Part shown: piece by piece, positions 35,937-48,367 of the stretch | Layout of the letters: every line of letters begins with the position of its first letter | How positions within the stretch are numbered: position 1 is the stretch's first letter | DNA from: an uncultured Candidatus Binatia bacterium | Lineage (GTDB): Bacteria; Desulfobacterota; Binatia; UBA9968; JAJDTQ01 | Direction: 5' to 3' | Length of the DNA: 64,000 nucleotides | Assembly (NCBI GenBank): GCA_965215605.1 | Contig: OZ244070.1 | Location: forward strand, 1,120,001 to 1,184,000 | The notes under the pieces: generated by a model | Told to the model about the DNA's origin: nothing | Databases searched by the model: none | The model's input: the letters and a program-made list of their open reading frames with translations, nothing else | Position numbers and translations under genes: made by a program

Positions 35937-37205
35937 CTACAGGCCACCGGGGATCGTTTCGCCGGCTACCAGCCCCTCCAGGGTCTCCCGTTCCCGGACC
36001 ACGGCGAACTCCTTGCCGTCCACCAGCACCTCCGCCGCCCTGGGCCGCGTATTGTAGTTGGAGGCCATGGTAAAGCCGTAGGCCCCGGCGCTCATCACCG
36101 CCATGAGATCCCCCGGGGCCGGCGTCTCGATCCGGCGGTCCTGGGCGAGAAAGTCGCCGCTCTCGCAGATGGGGCCGACCACGTCCGCGGTCATGGGCTC
36201 GGCCTCGCGCCGGTCCACCGGCCGCAGACCCTGGAACGCGCCGTAGAGCGAGGGCCGGACGAGGTCGTTCATGGCGCCGTCCACCACCACGAAGTTCTTG
36301 GCCTCGGTGCGCTTGAGATAGAGCACCCGGGTGACCAGGATTCCGGCGTTGCCCACCATCGATCGGCCCGGCTCCAGCACCAGGGTCACGTCCAGGCCCC
36401 GGATCCCCTCCATGAGCGCCTTGGCGTAGTCCCCCGTGTCTGGCGGCTCCTCGTCGTCGTAGCGGATGCCGAGGCCGCCCCCCAGGTCCACGTAGCGGAT
36501 GTCCGCCCCTTCCCGCTGGAGCGCCTCGATGAAGGCCCGGACCCGCTCGGCGGCGGCCGCGAAGGGCGACGTCGAGGTGAGCTGGGAGCCGATGTGGCAG
36601 TCCACGCCCACCACCTCCACGTTGGGCAGGGCGATGGCGCGGCGGTAGGCCTCGGCAGCCGGTTCGATGGCGATGCCGAACTTGCTCTTCTTCATGCCGG
36701 TGGAAATGTACGGGTGCGTCTGCGGGTCGACGTCGGGATTGATGCGGAAGCTCACCGGCGCCGTCACCCCCATGCTCCCCGCCACTTCGTTCAGCGCCTC
36801 CATCTCCTGCTCCGACTCGACGTTGAACATCAGGATGCCGGAGCGGAGCGCGTACGCCATCTCGTCCCGGGTCTTGCCCACCCCCGAGAACACCACCCGG
36901 CGCGGGTCGGCGCCGGCCTTGAGCACCCGGAAGAGCTCGCCGCCGGAAACGATGTCGAAACCCGAGCCCTCGTTCACGAAGGCGCGCAGCACCGCGAGGT
37001 TGGAGTTGGCCTTGACCGAGAAGCAGACGAGATGCCGGCTTCCGGCGAAAGCATGGTCGAAGCCCCGGAAGGCGTCACGCAAGCGGGCAAGGCTGTACAC
37101 GTACACCGGCGTCCCCACCGCGCCGACGATGTCCCTGACCGGCACGTCTTCGCAGTACAGCGTGTCGTTCCTGTGGGTGAAGCGATCCTCTACCGTTGCC
37201 GCCAT
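35937..37205 (-). CDS. lysA: Diaminopimelate decarboxylase
   Basis: SVKANSN, HIGSQ, LEPGRS, GPICESGD, GAYGFTMASNYN. Confidence 0.96.
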   Translation of the reverse strand: MAATVEDRFTHRNDTLYCEDVPVRDIVGAVGTPVYVYSLARLRDAFRGFDHAFAGSRHLVCFSVKANSNLAVLRAFVNEGSGFDIVSGGELFRVLKAGADPRRVVFSGVGKTRDEMAYALRSGILMFNVESEQEMEALNEVAGSMGVTAPVSFRINPDVDPQTHPYISTGMKKSKFGIAIEPAAEAYRRAIALPNVEVVGVDCHIGSQLTSTSPFAAAAERVRAFIEALQREGADIRYVDLGGGLGIRYDDEEPPDTGDYAKALMEGIRGLDVTLVLEPGRSMVGNAGILVTRVLYLKRTEAKNFVVVDGAMNDLVRPSLYGAFQGLRPVDRREAEPMTADVVGPICESGDFLAQDRRIETPAPGDLMAVMSAGAYGFTMASNYNTRPRAAEVLVDGKEFAVVRERETLEGLVAGETIPGGL

Positions 37206-37720
37206 ACGATGCTGACCTCATTGGACGGCCTGCCGAGGGAGCCGTCGGACAACCGGACCCGGACCCGATACCGGTACACCGTGCCGGTACGGAGCTCGGT
37301 ATCCGTAAACCCGTAATCGGACTGCTTGAAGAAACGGCCCTCGTCTTCCACGTTGACGACCGCCCGCTCGTTGTAGGCGGCGCGGCAATCCGGACAGTCC
37401 GCCGCGGTGCTCATGCGGTACACCACGAAGGCCTCCAGGTCCGTCAGCGGCTGGCCGTCGAGAGCCTTGCGGGGATGCGACCAGCCCAGGCGGATGCTGC
37501 GGTCCTCCAGCACGAGCTTCAGGTCGCTGATGGCCACGGGCATCACCAGCTCGGGCGCCCGGGGCGCGCCCTTCTTGCCGCAACCGGCGGCCAGTGCCGC
37601 CGCAAGCAGGAGCAACAGACAGAGCCGCCCTGCCGCAACGCCACGCCGCCACTCCTGGATTCCCGTCCCGGATCGGCGTCCGGGACACGCTCTTGCGGAA
37701 ATAACGGATTTGGCTGCCAT
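37190..37720 (-). CDS. Lipoprotein (LptM/YifL-like lipobox plus fibronectin type III-like domain)
   Basis: TAATG coupling to argH; LAAG-C-GKKGAP lipobox; YRYRVRV...GRPSNEV; sits upstream of lysA. Confidence 0.8.
   Translation of the reverse strand: MAAKSVISARACPGRRSGTGIQEWRRGVAAGRLCLLLLLAAALAAGCGKKGAPRAPELVMPVAISDLKLVLEDRSIRLGWSHPRKALDGQPLTDLEAFVVYRMSTAADCPDCRAAYNERAVVNVEDEGRFFKQSDYGFTDTELRTGTVYRYRVRVRLSDGSLGRPSNEVSIVWRQR
37655..37707. repeat. REP-like element, family A, degenerate copy inside the lipoprotein CDS
   Basis: CTGGATTCCCG-TCCCGGATCGGCGTCCGGGACA-CGCTCTTGCGGAAATAACGG. Confidence 0.7.
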
Positions 37721-39093
37721 TACACCCCCAGCTTCTTGAGCCGCCTGCGCACGTTGGCGGAGGCGGTGCCGCCCGGGGCGCGGCGGCGCTCGACGCCGGC
37801 CCGGACCGTCAGGATCTTGAAGACGTCCGGCCCGATGGCCGGGCAATACCCCTGAAGCTCATCCAGGGACAGGTCCTGCAGCTTGCGTTGCGCATCGATG
37901 CCGTGGCGCACCAACCGGCCCACCGCGTCGTGGGCGGCGCGAAAGCTGAGGCCCCGGCCGACGAGATAGTCCGCCAGGTCGGTGGCGTTCATGAAGCCTT
38001 CCTCCGCCGCGGCCAGCATCCGCTCGCCCCGCACCCGCAGGCCGTTCAGCAGCTCCCGGGCCATGAGCAGGCACGACGACACCGTGTCGACGGTGTCGAA
38101 GAGAGGCTCCTTGTCCTCCTGGAGATCGCGATTGTAGGCCAGCGGCAGCCCTTTCATGATGGTCAGCAGCGCGTTGAGGTGGCCGTACACCCGGCCGGTC
38201 TTGCCGCGGATCAGCTCGGCCACGTCGGGATTCTTCTTCTGCGGCATCATCGAGCTGCCGGTGCAGAAGGCGTCCGGCAACTCGATGAAGCCGAACTCCT
38301 CGCTGGACCACAGGATGAGCTCATCGGCCATGCGGCTCAGATGGACGAACAGGATGGCGGATGCCGACAGGAACTCCAGCACGAAATCCCGGTCGCTGAC
38401 GGCGTCGATGCTGTTCTCCGAGAGGCGCGGGAAGCCCAACAGCTCGGCCACGTAGGTCCGGTCGATGGGAAAGCTCGTTCCCGCCAGCGCCCCGGAGCCC
38501 AGGGGCATGACGTCGGTCTCCGCCCGGCAGTGGCGGTAGCGGCTCTTGTCCCGCTCGAACATCTCCACGTAGGCCAGCAGGTGGTGGGCGAAGAGCACGG
38601 GCTGGGCCCGCTGGAGGTGGGTGTAGCCCGGCATCAACACGCCCTCGTTACGCCGGGCGGCTCCCGCCAGGGCCTTTTGCAACGCCTCCAGGTCCCCCAG
38701 GATGCCGTCGAGGGCTTCCCGCAGGTAGAGGCGCATGTCCAGGCTCACCTGGTCGTTCCGGCTCCGGGCGGTATGCAGCTTCTCGCCCACGCTGCCGACC
38801 TTCTCGGTGAGCCGCCGCTCGATGTTCATGTGGATGTCTTCATCGGCGACGCTGTAGGGGAACGCGCCGCTCTCGATCTCTTTCCGGACCGCCCTCAGTC
38901 CGGCGACGATCTTGCGGGCGTCGCCGGCGGGGATGATGCCCTGCTTGCCGAGCATGCGGGCATGGGCCACGCTGCCGTCGATGTCGTGCCGGTAGAGGCG
39001 CCGGTCCACGTCAATCGAGGCGGTGAAGGCCACCACGGAATCGGCGGTGGAGCCGGCGAACCGGCCGCCCCATAGCTGTTTCTTCCTGGCCAT
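37720..39093 (-). CDS. argH: Argininosuccinate lyase
   Basis: LWGGRF, HTARSRNDQ, GSSMMPQKKNPD. Confidence 0.97.
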   Translation of the reverse strand: MARKKQLWGGRFAGSTADSVVAFTASIDVDRRLYRHDIDGSVAHARMLGKQGIIPAGDARKIVAGLRAVRKEIESGAFPYSVADEDIHMNIERRLTEKVGSVGEKLHTARSRNDQVSLDMRLYLREALDGILGDLEALQKALAGAARRNEGVLMPGYTHLQRAQPVLFAHHLLAYVEMFERDKSRYRHCRAETDVMPLGSGALAGTSFPIDRTYVAELLGFPRLSENSIDAVSDRDFVLEFLSASAILFVHLSRMADELILWSSEEFGFIELPDAFCTGSSMMPQKKNPDVAELIRGKTGRVYGHLNALLTIMKGLPLAYNRDLQEDKEPLFDTVDTVSSCLLMARELLNGLRVRGERMLAAAEEGFMNATDLADYLVGRGLSFRAAHDAVGRLVRHGIDAQRKLQDLSLDELQGYCPAIGPDVFKILTVRAGVERRRAPGGTASANVRRRLKKLGV

Positions 39094-39098
39094 ACCGG

Positions 39099-40298
<1,200 letters not shown>

Positions 40299-40322
40299 GA
40301 ATCTCCCCGTCGATGGTTTGAA

Positions 40323-41243
40323 TTACGTCCCCACGGCCAGGCACCAGACCATCAGCGCCTTCTGGGCGTGAAGGCGGTTCTCGGCCTGGTCGAACACCAC
40401 CGAATGGCGGCCTTCGATGACCTCGTCGGTGATCTCCTCGCCGCGGTGCGCCGGCAGGCAGTGCATCACCGCCACGTCGTCCCTGGCCCGGGCCACCAAC
40501 TCTCCGTTGACCTGGAAGGCCGCGAAGGCCCGTTTCCGGTCGCGGGCTTCCGCTTCCTGGCCCATGCTCGCCCACACGTCGGTATAGATGGCGTCGGCCC
40601 CGCTCACCGCCGCGGCCGGATCATGGGTGACCGCCACCTCCGCGCCCGCGGCCACCGCCGAGTCGAATATCTCCCTGTCGGGTTCGAAACCCTCGGGGCA
40701 GGCCAGCGTAAACCGGAACGGCAGCTTTTCCGCCGCCAGCAGCCAGGAATGCACGACGTTGTTGCCGTCCCCCACGAACACCACGTGGAGCCCTTCGATC
40801 CGGCCCTTGCACTCCTGCAGAGTGAGGAGGTCCGCCAGCACCTGGCACGGGTGGTACAGGTCCGACAGCGCGTTGATCACCGGCACCGAGCCGAAGGCCG
40901 CCATCTCCGCCACGATCTCCTGGGCGAAGGTCCGCACCGCGAGGACGTCCACCAGGCGGCTCAACACCCGCACGCAGTCGGCCGGGGTCTCCCGCTCGCC
41001 GAGCTGCACCTCGTCCGGCCCCAGGAACAGCGCGCTGCCCCCCAACTCGGTCATGCCGATGTCGAAGGTGGCCCGGGTCCTGAGGCTGGGCTTCTGAAAC
41101 ACCAGCGCCAGCTTCTTCCCGGCCAGGAGCGGCCGCAAATGCCCTTCCGCGCGCTCCCGCTTGAGGGCGGCGGCCAAGGAAAGCACCTCGTCCAGGTCCG
41201 CCCGGGCGAGATCCCGCAACGTCAATACGTCCCGTTTCTTCAT
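40323..41243 (-). CDS. argF: Ornithine carbamoyltransferase
   Basis: KPSLRTR, HPCQ, HCLPAHRG, QAENRLH. Confidence 0.96.
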   Translation of the reverse strand: MKKRDVLTLRDLARADLDEVLSLAAALKRERAEGHLRPLLAGKKLALVFQKPSLRTRATFDIGMTELGGSALFLGPDEVQLGERETPADCVRVLSRLVDVLAVRTFAQEIVAEMAAFGSVPVINALSDLYHPCQVLADLLTLQECKGRIEGLHVVFVGDGNNVVHSWLLAAEKLPFRFTLACPEGFEPDREIFDSAVAAGAEVAVTHDPAAAVSGADAIYTDVWASMGQEAEARDRKRAFAAFQVNGELVARARDDVAVMHCLPAHRGEEITDEVIEGRHSVVFDQAENRLHAQKALMVWCLAVGT

Positions 41244-41248
41244 GGCCG

Positions 41249-42436
41249 TCACACCCGCTCCAGCACCCGCGCCAGAATCTCCAGCGCCTCGTCCACCTCG
41301 GCCTTCCCGATGTTCAACGGCGGCACCATGCGGAGCACGTTGGCGCCCGCCAGCACCACCAGCAGACCGTCTTTCATGCATTCCTGGACCAGCGGCCCGC
41401 ACTCGCGGTCCATTTCCATGCCCAGGAGGAGCCCCTTGCCGCGCACCTCCCGGATGAAGTCGAAACGCTCCGCCAGCGCCTCCAGCCCCTGGCGCAACAG
41501 GCCCCCGACCTCCTCGCAGTGCTGCACCAAGCCGGCTTCCAGGATGGTTTCCATCACCGCCAGCCCGGCGCGGCACACCACCGGATTGCCGCCAAAGGTG
41601 GAGGCGTGGGATCCCGGCGGAAAGCTCCTGGCCACCTCTTCCCGCGCCAGCATGGCGCCCAGCGGCAGCCCGCCGCCCAATGCCTTGGCCAGCGTCATGA
41701 CGTCCGGCTCCACGCCGAAGTGCTCGTAGCCGAAGAGCCGGCCGGTGCGCCCCATGCCCACCTGCACCTCGTCGAAGATGAGCAGCAGGCCCTTGTCGTC
41801 GCAGAGCTGCCGCAGCCCGCGCATGTAGGACACGTCCGGCACCACCACCCCGCCCTCGCCCTGGATGGGCTCCACCAGGATCGCCGCGGTGCGCTCGTCC
41901 ACCGCGTCTTCCGCCGCGTCCAGGTCGTTGAACGGGATGTAGCGGAATCCCGGCGGCAGCGGATCGTAGCCGAGCCGGATCTTCTCCTGGCCGGTGGCCG
42001 TAAGGGTCGCCAGCGTGCGCCCGTGGAACGAGTTGAGGGCGGTGATAACCTCGCTCCTGCCTCCGGCCTGCTCGGAGCCGTAACGCCGCGCCAGCTTGAT
42101 GGCGGCCTCGTTGGCCTCGGCCCCGCTGTTGCAGAAGAACACCCGGTCGGCGAAGGAATGCTCGCAAAGCGCCCTGGCGAGCCGGGCCTGGGGCTCGATG
42201 TGGTAGAGGTTCGAGACGTGGATCAGGCTCCGCACCTGCTCGGACACGGCCTTGGCCACGGCCGGGTGGCAGTGGCCGAGGCTGTTGACGGCGATGCCGG
42301 CGACGAAGTCCAGATAGGCCTTGCCGTCCGCGTCCCACACCCGCGTCCCCTCCCCCCGCACCAACGCGATGGGGAAGCGCGCGTAGGTGTTCATCACGTG
42401 TGCTTCGGTCAACTGTTGTGCTTCAAGGTTCGACAT
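41249..42436 (-). CDS. argD: Acetylornithine aminotransferase
   Basis: NSGAEANE, FHGRT, DEVQVGMGRTG, AKALGGG. Confidence 0.95.
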   Translation of the reverse strand: MSNLEAQQLTEAHVMNTYARFPIALVRGEGTRVWDADGKAYLDFVAGIAVNSLGHCHPAVAKAVSEQVRSLIHVSNLYHIEPQARLARALCEHSFADRVFFCNSGAEANEAAIKLARRYGSEQAGGRSEVITALNSFHGRTLATLTATGQEKIRLGYDPLPPGFRYIPFNDLDAAEDAVDERTAAILVEPIQGEGGVVVPDVSYMRGLRQLCDDKGLLLIFDEVQVGMGRTGRLFGYEHFGVEPDVMTLAKALGGGLPLGAMLAREEVARSFPPGSHASTFGGNPVVCRAGLAVMETILEAGLVQHCEEVGGLLRQGLEALAERFDFIREVRGKGLLLGMEMDRECGPLVQECMKDGLLVVLAGANVLRMVPPLNIGKAEVDEALEILARVLERV

Positions 42437-42448
42437 GGTGCATCCATC

Positions 42449-42473
42449 GGGACGGGTTGAAACCCGCCCCTAT
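42449..42473. repeat. GTAG-type REP-like palindrome (family B) supplying the argB stop codon
   Basis: Minus strand ATAGGGGCGGGTTTCAACCCGTCCC. Confidence 0.65.
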
Positions 42474-43351
42474 GAGTCTCGGACCACCTCGGTCCCCACG
42501 CCCCGTTCGGTGAAGATCTCCAACAGGACGGCGTGCCGGTCCCGGCCGTCGATGATGTGGGTCTTGACCACGCCCCCGTTGAGGGCGTCCACGCAGCACT
42601 CCACCTTGGGGATCATGCCCGAGGAGATCACGTCCCGCTCGATGAGGCCGGCGGACTGGGAGATGGTGAGGGTGCTGATCAGCTCCCCCTCCCGGTCCCG
42701 CACCCCTTCCACGTCGGTGAGCAGGATGAGCTTCTCCGCTCCGAGGGCGGCGGCCACCCTCCCCGCCACCAGGTCCGCGTTGATGTTGTAGGTCTCCCCC
42801 TTCTCGCCCACGCCCACCGGCGCGATGACCGGGATGAACTTGCCGTCCAGGGAGCGGATCACCGTGGGGTCCACCCGGACGACCTCTCCCACCATGCCGA
42901 TGTCGATGATCTCCGTGCTCTCCCCGTCGCCCGGCACGGCCACGTTCATCTTGCGCGCCAGGATGAGCTGGCCGTCCTTGCCGCTGAGACCCACGGCGGC
43001 GGCGCCGTGCTGGTTGACGAGCGCGACGATCTCCTTGTTCACCTTGCCCACCAGCACCATCTCGATGATGTCGATGGTCTCCGAATCGGTGACCCGCATG
43101 CCGCGCACGTAGCGGCTCTCGATGCCCATCTTCCCCAGCGTCTCGTTGATCTGGGGCCCGCCGCCGTGAACCACCACCACGTTGATGCCCACGTACTTGA
43201 GCAGCACGACGTCCTGGGCGAAGCTCTGCTTGAGCGTCTCGTCCACCATGGCCGCGCCGCCGTACTTGACCACGAACGTCTTGCCGAAAAAACGCTTGAT
43301 GAACGGAAGCGCTTCCAGCAGGACTTCCGCCTTGCCTATGAAATCATCCAC
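42470..43351 (-). CDS. argB: Acetylglutamate kinase
   Basis: [25 protein letters not shown]. Confidence 0.96.
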   Translation of the reverse strand: MDDFIGKAEVLLEALPFIKRFFGKTFVVKYGGAAMVDETLKQSFAQDVVLLKYVGINVVVVHGGGPQINETLGKMGIESRYVRGMRVTDSETIDIIEMVLVGKVNKEIVALVNQHGAAAVGLSGKDGQLILARKMNVAVPGDGESTEIIDIGMVGEVVRVDPTVIRSLDGKFIPVIAPVGVGEKGETYNINADLVAGRVAAALGAEKLILLTDVEGVRDREGELISTLTISQSAGLIERDVISSGMIPKVECCVDALNGGVVKTHIIDGRDRHAVLLEIFTERGVGTEVVRDS

Positions 43352-43376
43352 GTTACGCGACTCCGGTGCGGGGGGT

Positions 43377-44768
<1,392 letters not shown>

Positions 44769-44840
44769 GGGATCCGTCTTGCGAAAGTCCGGAGAAACCG
44801 CTGGCCCGCGCCGTCCGGGCGCGCCACGCCTCGCCCGGGA

Positions 44841-45371
44841 TCAGGGCAACTCCTCGATGGTCAGCTTGTCGTTCGTATAGACACAGATCGCCGCGGCCAC
44901 CTTCATGGACTCCTCGGCAATGGCGCGGGCATCGAGCGCGCTATGATGAACCAAAGCGCGCGCCGCCGCAAGCGCGTAGTTGCCGCCCGAGCCGATGGCG
45001 ATGACGCCGTCGTCGGGCTCCACCACGTCGCCGTTGCCCGACACCACCAGGCAATCCTCGGCATCGGCAACGATCATCAGCGCTTCCAGCCGCCTGAGCA
45101 CCTGATCGGTACGCCACTCCTTGGCGAGTTCCACCGCCGCCCGCTTGAACACGCCGCCGTGCTTCTCGAGCTTGCCCTCGAACTTCTCGAACAGCGTGAA
45201 TGCGTCCGCGGTGGCGCCGGCGAACCCCGCAAGCACCTTGTCGCCGTAGAGCTTTCGCACCTTGCGGGCGGTGTGCTTGAGGGCGGTGTCGCCGAGGCTG
45301 ACCTGGCCGTCGCCCGCCACCACGATCCTGCCCCCATGCCGTACCGCGAGAATGGTGGTTCCGTGAAACAT
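44841..45371 (-). CDS. hslV: ATP-dependent protease subunit HslV
   Basis: [31 protein letters not shown]. Confidence 0.97.
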   Translation of the reverse strand: MFHGTTILAVRHGGRIVVAGDGQVSLGDTALKHTARKVRKLYGDKVLAGFAGATADAFTLFEKFEGKLEKHGGVFKRAAVELAKEWRTDQVLRRLEALMIVADAEDCLVVSGNGDVVEPDDGVIAIGSGGNYALAAARALVHHSALDARAIAEESMKVAAAICVYTNDKLTIEELP

Positions 45372-45397
45372 CGTCAATCGAATATCGTCAATCGAAT
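45370..45397. repeat. Exact tandem 14-bp direct repeat abutting the hslV start
   Basis: ATCGTCAATCGAAT x2. Confidence 0.85.
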
Positions 45398-45559
45398 CGC
45401 TCCGCGAGAACTGCCTGGCCCGGTTCAAACGCAGGCCCGTCGCCCTGCAAGCAAACCCCCAACTGTAACACGGAAACGCCGACTTCGCAGGCCCTCGCCC
45501 CTCGGAAACGGAATTCCGGGCAGGCCCGGACGGCATCTCCGGACTTCCTACCGGGGCCT

Positions 45560-46477
45560 TCAGGCCCGAGGATGGGCGCGGTCGTAGACGGCGGTGAGCT
45601 GGTCGAGATTGACGTGGGTGTAGCGCTGGGTAGTGGAGAGGCTCACGTGGCCCAGCAGTTCCTGGATCGAGCGCAGGTCCGCGCCGGCGTTCAGCAGGTG
45701 GGTGGCGAAGGTGTGCCGCAGGCCGTGGGGACCCATGCGTACGGGGATTCCGGCGAGGCGCAGATATTTCTCCACGATCCGGGCGACGCTGCGGGTGGTG
45801 ATCCGGTTTCCGTGGTGGTTCAGGAACACCGGCTCCTCGCCCCGCGCCGCCCGCCCCCACCGGCTCCGCTGGTGGTCCGCGTAGCCCCGCAGCGCCGCCA
45901 GCGCCACCTCCCCCACGGGCACGATGCGCTCCTTGGACCCCTTGCCGAGGACCCGGAGCACGCCCAGAGAGAAATCGACGTCGCGCCAGTCAAGGCCCAC
46001 GAGCTCGCTGACCCGGACGCCGGACGAATAAAGCACCTCCATGACGGCCCGATCACGGGCCGGGAGAATACCGTCTTCCGGCAGGCAGCCCAGCACCCGG
46101 AACGCCTCGTCGACCGACAGGAAGGTCACAAGCGGGGATTCCTGTTTTGGCGTCGAGAAACCCACCAGGGGGTCCCGGTGGATGACGCCTTCCCGCAGGA
46201 GATAGCGGAAGAACCCTTTCAGCGCGGCCAGCTTCCGGCCGATGGTGCTCTTCTTGCGGCTTTCGTGGAGCGTCTTGAGGTAGCCCCGGATCCACTGCCT
46301 GTCCACGGCTTGCAGCGCGGACGTTCCGGGGCTGCCCAGATCGAGCCCGTTCTCTTCCAGATACCGGCGCAACCCCTCCACGTCGGTGAGGTAACCCTTG
46401 ACCGAATGGGGGGAGAACCGCGCCTGATCCCGCAGATAGCCGCCGAAGCCCTCGATGTGCCGTGCGAATTCGTCCAT
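45560..46477 (-). CDS. xerC: Tyrosine recombinase XerC
   Basis: [32 protein letters not shown]; upstream of hslVU as is typical. Confidence 0.92.
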   Translation of the reverse strand: MDEFARHIEGFGGYLRDQARFSPHSVKGYLTDVEGLRRYLEENGLDLGSPGTSALQAVDRQWIRGYLKTLHESRKKSTIGRKLAALKGFFRYLLREGVIHRDPLVGFSTPKQESPLVTFLSVDEAFRVLGCLPEDGILPARDRAVMEVLYSSGVRVSELVGLDWRDVDFSLGVLRVLGKGSKERIVPVGEVALAALRGYADHQRSRWGRAARGEEPVFLNHHGNRITTRSVARIVEKYLRLAGIPVRMGPHGLRHTFATHLLNAGADLRSIQELLGHVSLSTTQRYTHVNLDQLTAVYDRAHPRA

Positions 46478-46516
46478 CGGATACAGTGGCGCGCCCCGCC
46501 TTCTTGAAGCGGGCAC

Positions 46517-46541
46517 GGGCGGGTTTGACACCCGCCCCTAC
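46517..46541. repeat. GTAG-type REP-like palindrome (family B)
   Basis: Minus strand GTAGGGGCGGGTGTCAAACCCGCCC. Confidence 0.7.
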
Positions 46542-46577
46542 AACGAGACGCGGGTACCGGCTGGCGTCGCCGCCGGC

Positions 46578-47297
46578 TTACAGCGCCGGAGCGTACAAGT
46601 TGTCCGCCAGGCCCCGGATGTAGTCGACGGTCTCCTCCAGCGACACCACGTCCGCGTACTTCATGTTCATGTCGAAGAGGTTGATCTTGTGGGACGACTG
46701 GCCGCGGTCGAAGGTGCACTCCTCCACCACGCTGACGCCGTAGTTGTACGAGAACGCGTCGATGACCGAGGCGCGGACGCAGCCGCTGGTGGTGGTGCCG
46801 GCCACCAACAGGGAGTCGGCATGGACTTCGTTCAGCATGCTGGTGAGCGGGGTGCCGAAGAAGGCGCTGGGCTTCTGCTTGCGCACCACCACCTCGCCCT
46901 TCCGGGGCGCGATCTCCGCAACGATGTCGTTGCCCTTCTTCGCCAGTTCTTCGAAATCCTCGCCGCCGCGCGAGTTCTTGCCGTGCCAGCGGCCGAAGGC
47001 GACGGAGTCCTCCTCGCCGTGGCCGGTGGTGAAGAAGATCGGCAGGTGCTTCTTCCTGGCCTCCTCCAACAGCGTGACGATGTGGTCCACGCCGACCCAC
47101 CCCTCCTCGCCGCAACTGTTGCGGAAGCGCTTGACCGACTCCACAATCGGCTCGCGCCGGTCGCCGACGAAGTTGTAGTTCACGTCGATGATGAGCACGG
47201 CCGGCCTTTGGCCGAAACCCGCCTTGGCGCCGTAACCCGACAGCGCAAACACTTCCTTGTCACGATCGGTCAGAATATCTTCCCATGTATTGCCCAT
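46578..47297 (-). CDS. Isochorismatase family hydrolase (maleamate/N-carbamoylsarcosine amidase-like)
   Basis: PAVLIIDV, KQKPSAFFGT, GTTTSGCVRAS. Confidence 0.9.
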   Translation of the reverse strand: MGNTWEDILTDRDKEVFALSGYGAKAGFGQRPAVLIIDVNYNFVGDRREPIVESVKRFRNSCGEEGWVGVDHIVTLLEEARKKHLPIFFTTGHGEEDSVAFGRWHGKNSRGGEDFEELAKKGNDIVAEIAPRKGEVVVRKQKPSAFFGTPLTSMLNEVHADSLLVAGTTTSGCVRASVIDAFSYNYGVSVVEECTFDRGQSSHKINLFDMNMKYADVVSLEETVDYIRGLADNLYAPAL

Positions 47298-47538
47298 TGG
47301 TGACTCCTTCTCTGAATGAGCGCCTGCCGGCCAACTGCCCTCGGAACCCCGATGCAGGCACGGATCTTGCGATTATTCCCCTTGACGGCGCGTCCGTCAA
47401 GGCACGGTCATCGGGTGAGTTTCCAGGGACACCTGCCGGTCGGCAAAGGAACGAGCGGCACCGTTCCGGTCGCCGTTCGCGTTGTTTCGCCGTCCGGGGC
47501 CTTGTAGAATTTCCCGGAAGCGAACGGAGGACGCGATC

Positions 47539-48264
47539 ATGGTGATCTCGCACACGCCCGCGAGAGGAAACGACACGAACCCGACTCTTGGGACGGGTTC
47601 GCGTGAAACGCCGCCGCCCCCGCTCGAGAACGGTGACCGGTTGACCCGGGACGAGTTCGAGAAGCGATATGACGCGATGCCTGATTTGAAGAAGGCGGAG
47701 CTCATCAAAGGAGTGGTGTACGTGGGTTCACCCGTTCGCTTCGGGAAACACGGCGAGCCGCACGCAAGGCTGCTGACATGGCTGGGAACCTACGCCGCCT
47801 TCACGGAGGGAGTTCGGCATGGCGGCAACGCGACCGTCCGTCTGGATTGGGACACGGAGCCGCAGCCGGACGCCTTGTTGCGCCTGGACCCCGAGAACCG
47901 CGCCGGCTCGCGGGTCAGCGCCGATGACTACGTGGAAGGTGCGCCCGAGCTTGTGGCCGAGGTTTCCTCGAGCACGGTCTCCTACGATTTGCACGACAAG
48001 ATGGACGCATACCGTACCGCGGGCGTGAAGGAATACTTGGTCTGGCGCGTGGAGGACCAGGAGTTCGACTGGTTTCTGCTGCGCGACGGCGAATACGTCC
48101 GAATCTCACCCGGTCCCGATGGTGTGTACGAAAGCAGCACCTTTCCGGGATTGCGGCTGGCAGTTGCGGCGTTGTTGGCCGGCGACATGGCCCGAGTCAT
48201 GGGCGAACTTCAAAAAGGTCTGGACGCCGCCGAACACGCCGAGTTCGTTGCGTCGCTGGCATAA
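47539..48264 (+). CDS. Uma2 family (PD-(D/E)xK) endonuclease
   Basis: PPLENGDRL, EPQPD, APELVAEV, DKMDAYRTAGVKEYLVW. Confidence 0.9.
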   Translation: MVISHTPARGNDTNPTLGTGSRETPPPPLENGDRLTRDEFEKRYDAMPDLKKAELIKGVVYVGSPVRFGKHGEPHARLLTWLGTYAAFTEGVRHGGNATVRLDWDTEPQPDALLRLDPENRAGSRVSADDYVEGAPELVAEVSSSTVSYDLHDKMDAYRTAGVKEYLVWRVEDQEFDWFLLRDGEYVRISPGPDGVYESSTFPGLRLAVAALLAGDMARVMGELQKGLDAAEHAEFVASLA

Positions 48265-48330
48265 TCTCGACTCCATCCGTCACGCTCTTGTCGTGTTGCA
48301 CGGCCCCTGTTTCGTGCGGCCGGAAGTTCC

Positions 48331-48359
48331 TTGACTTGGGAAGTCCCAGATTCCATATT
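48331..48359 (+). promoter_or_regulatory. sigma70-type promoter for moaA (leaderless or near-leaderless)
   Basis: TTGACT-17nt-CATATT, with the GTG start 8 nt downstream. Confidence 0.6.
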
Positions 48360-48367
48360 GACACATC

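Noticed and set aside
45560-46477. Tyrosine recombinase as an integrase of a mobile element
   Set aside because: Size, motifs and xerC-hslVU synteny indicate housekeeping XerC; no att sites or cargo.
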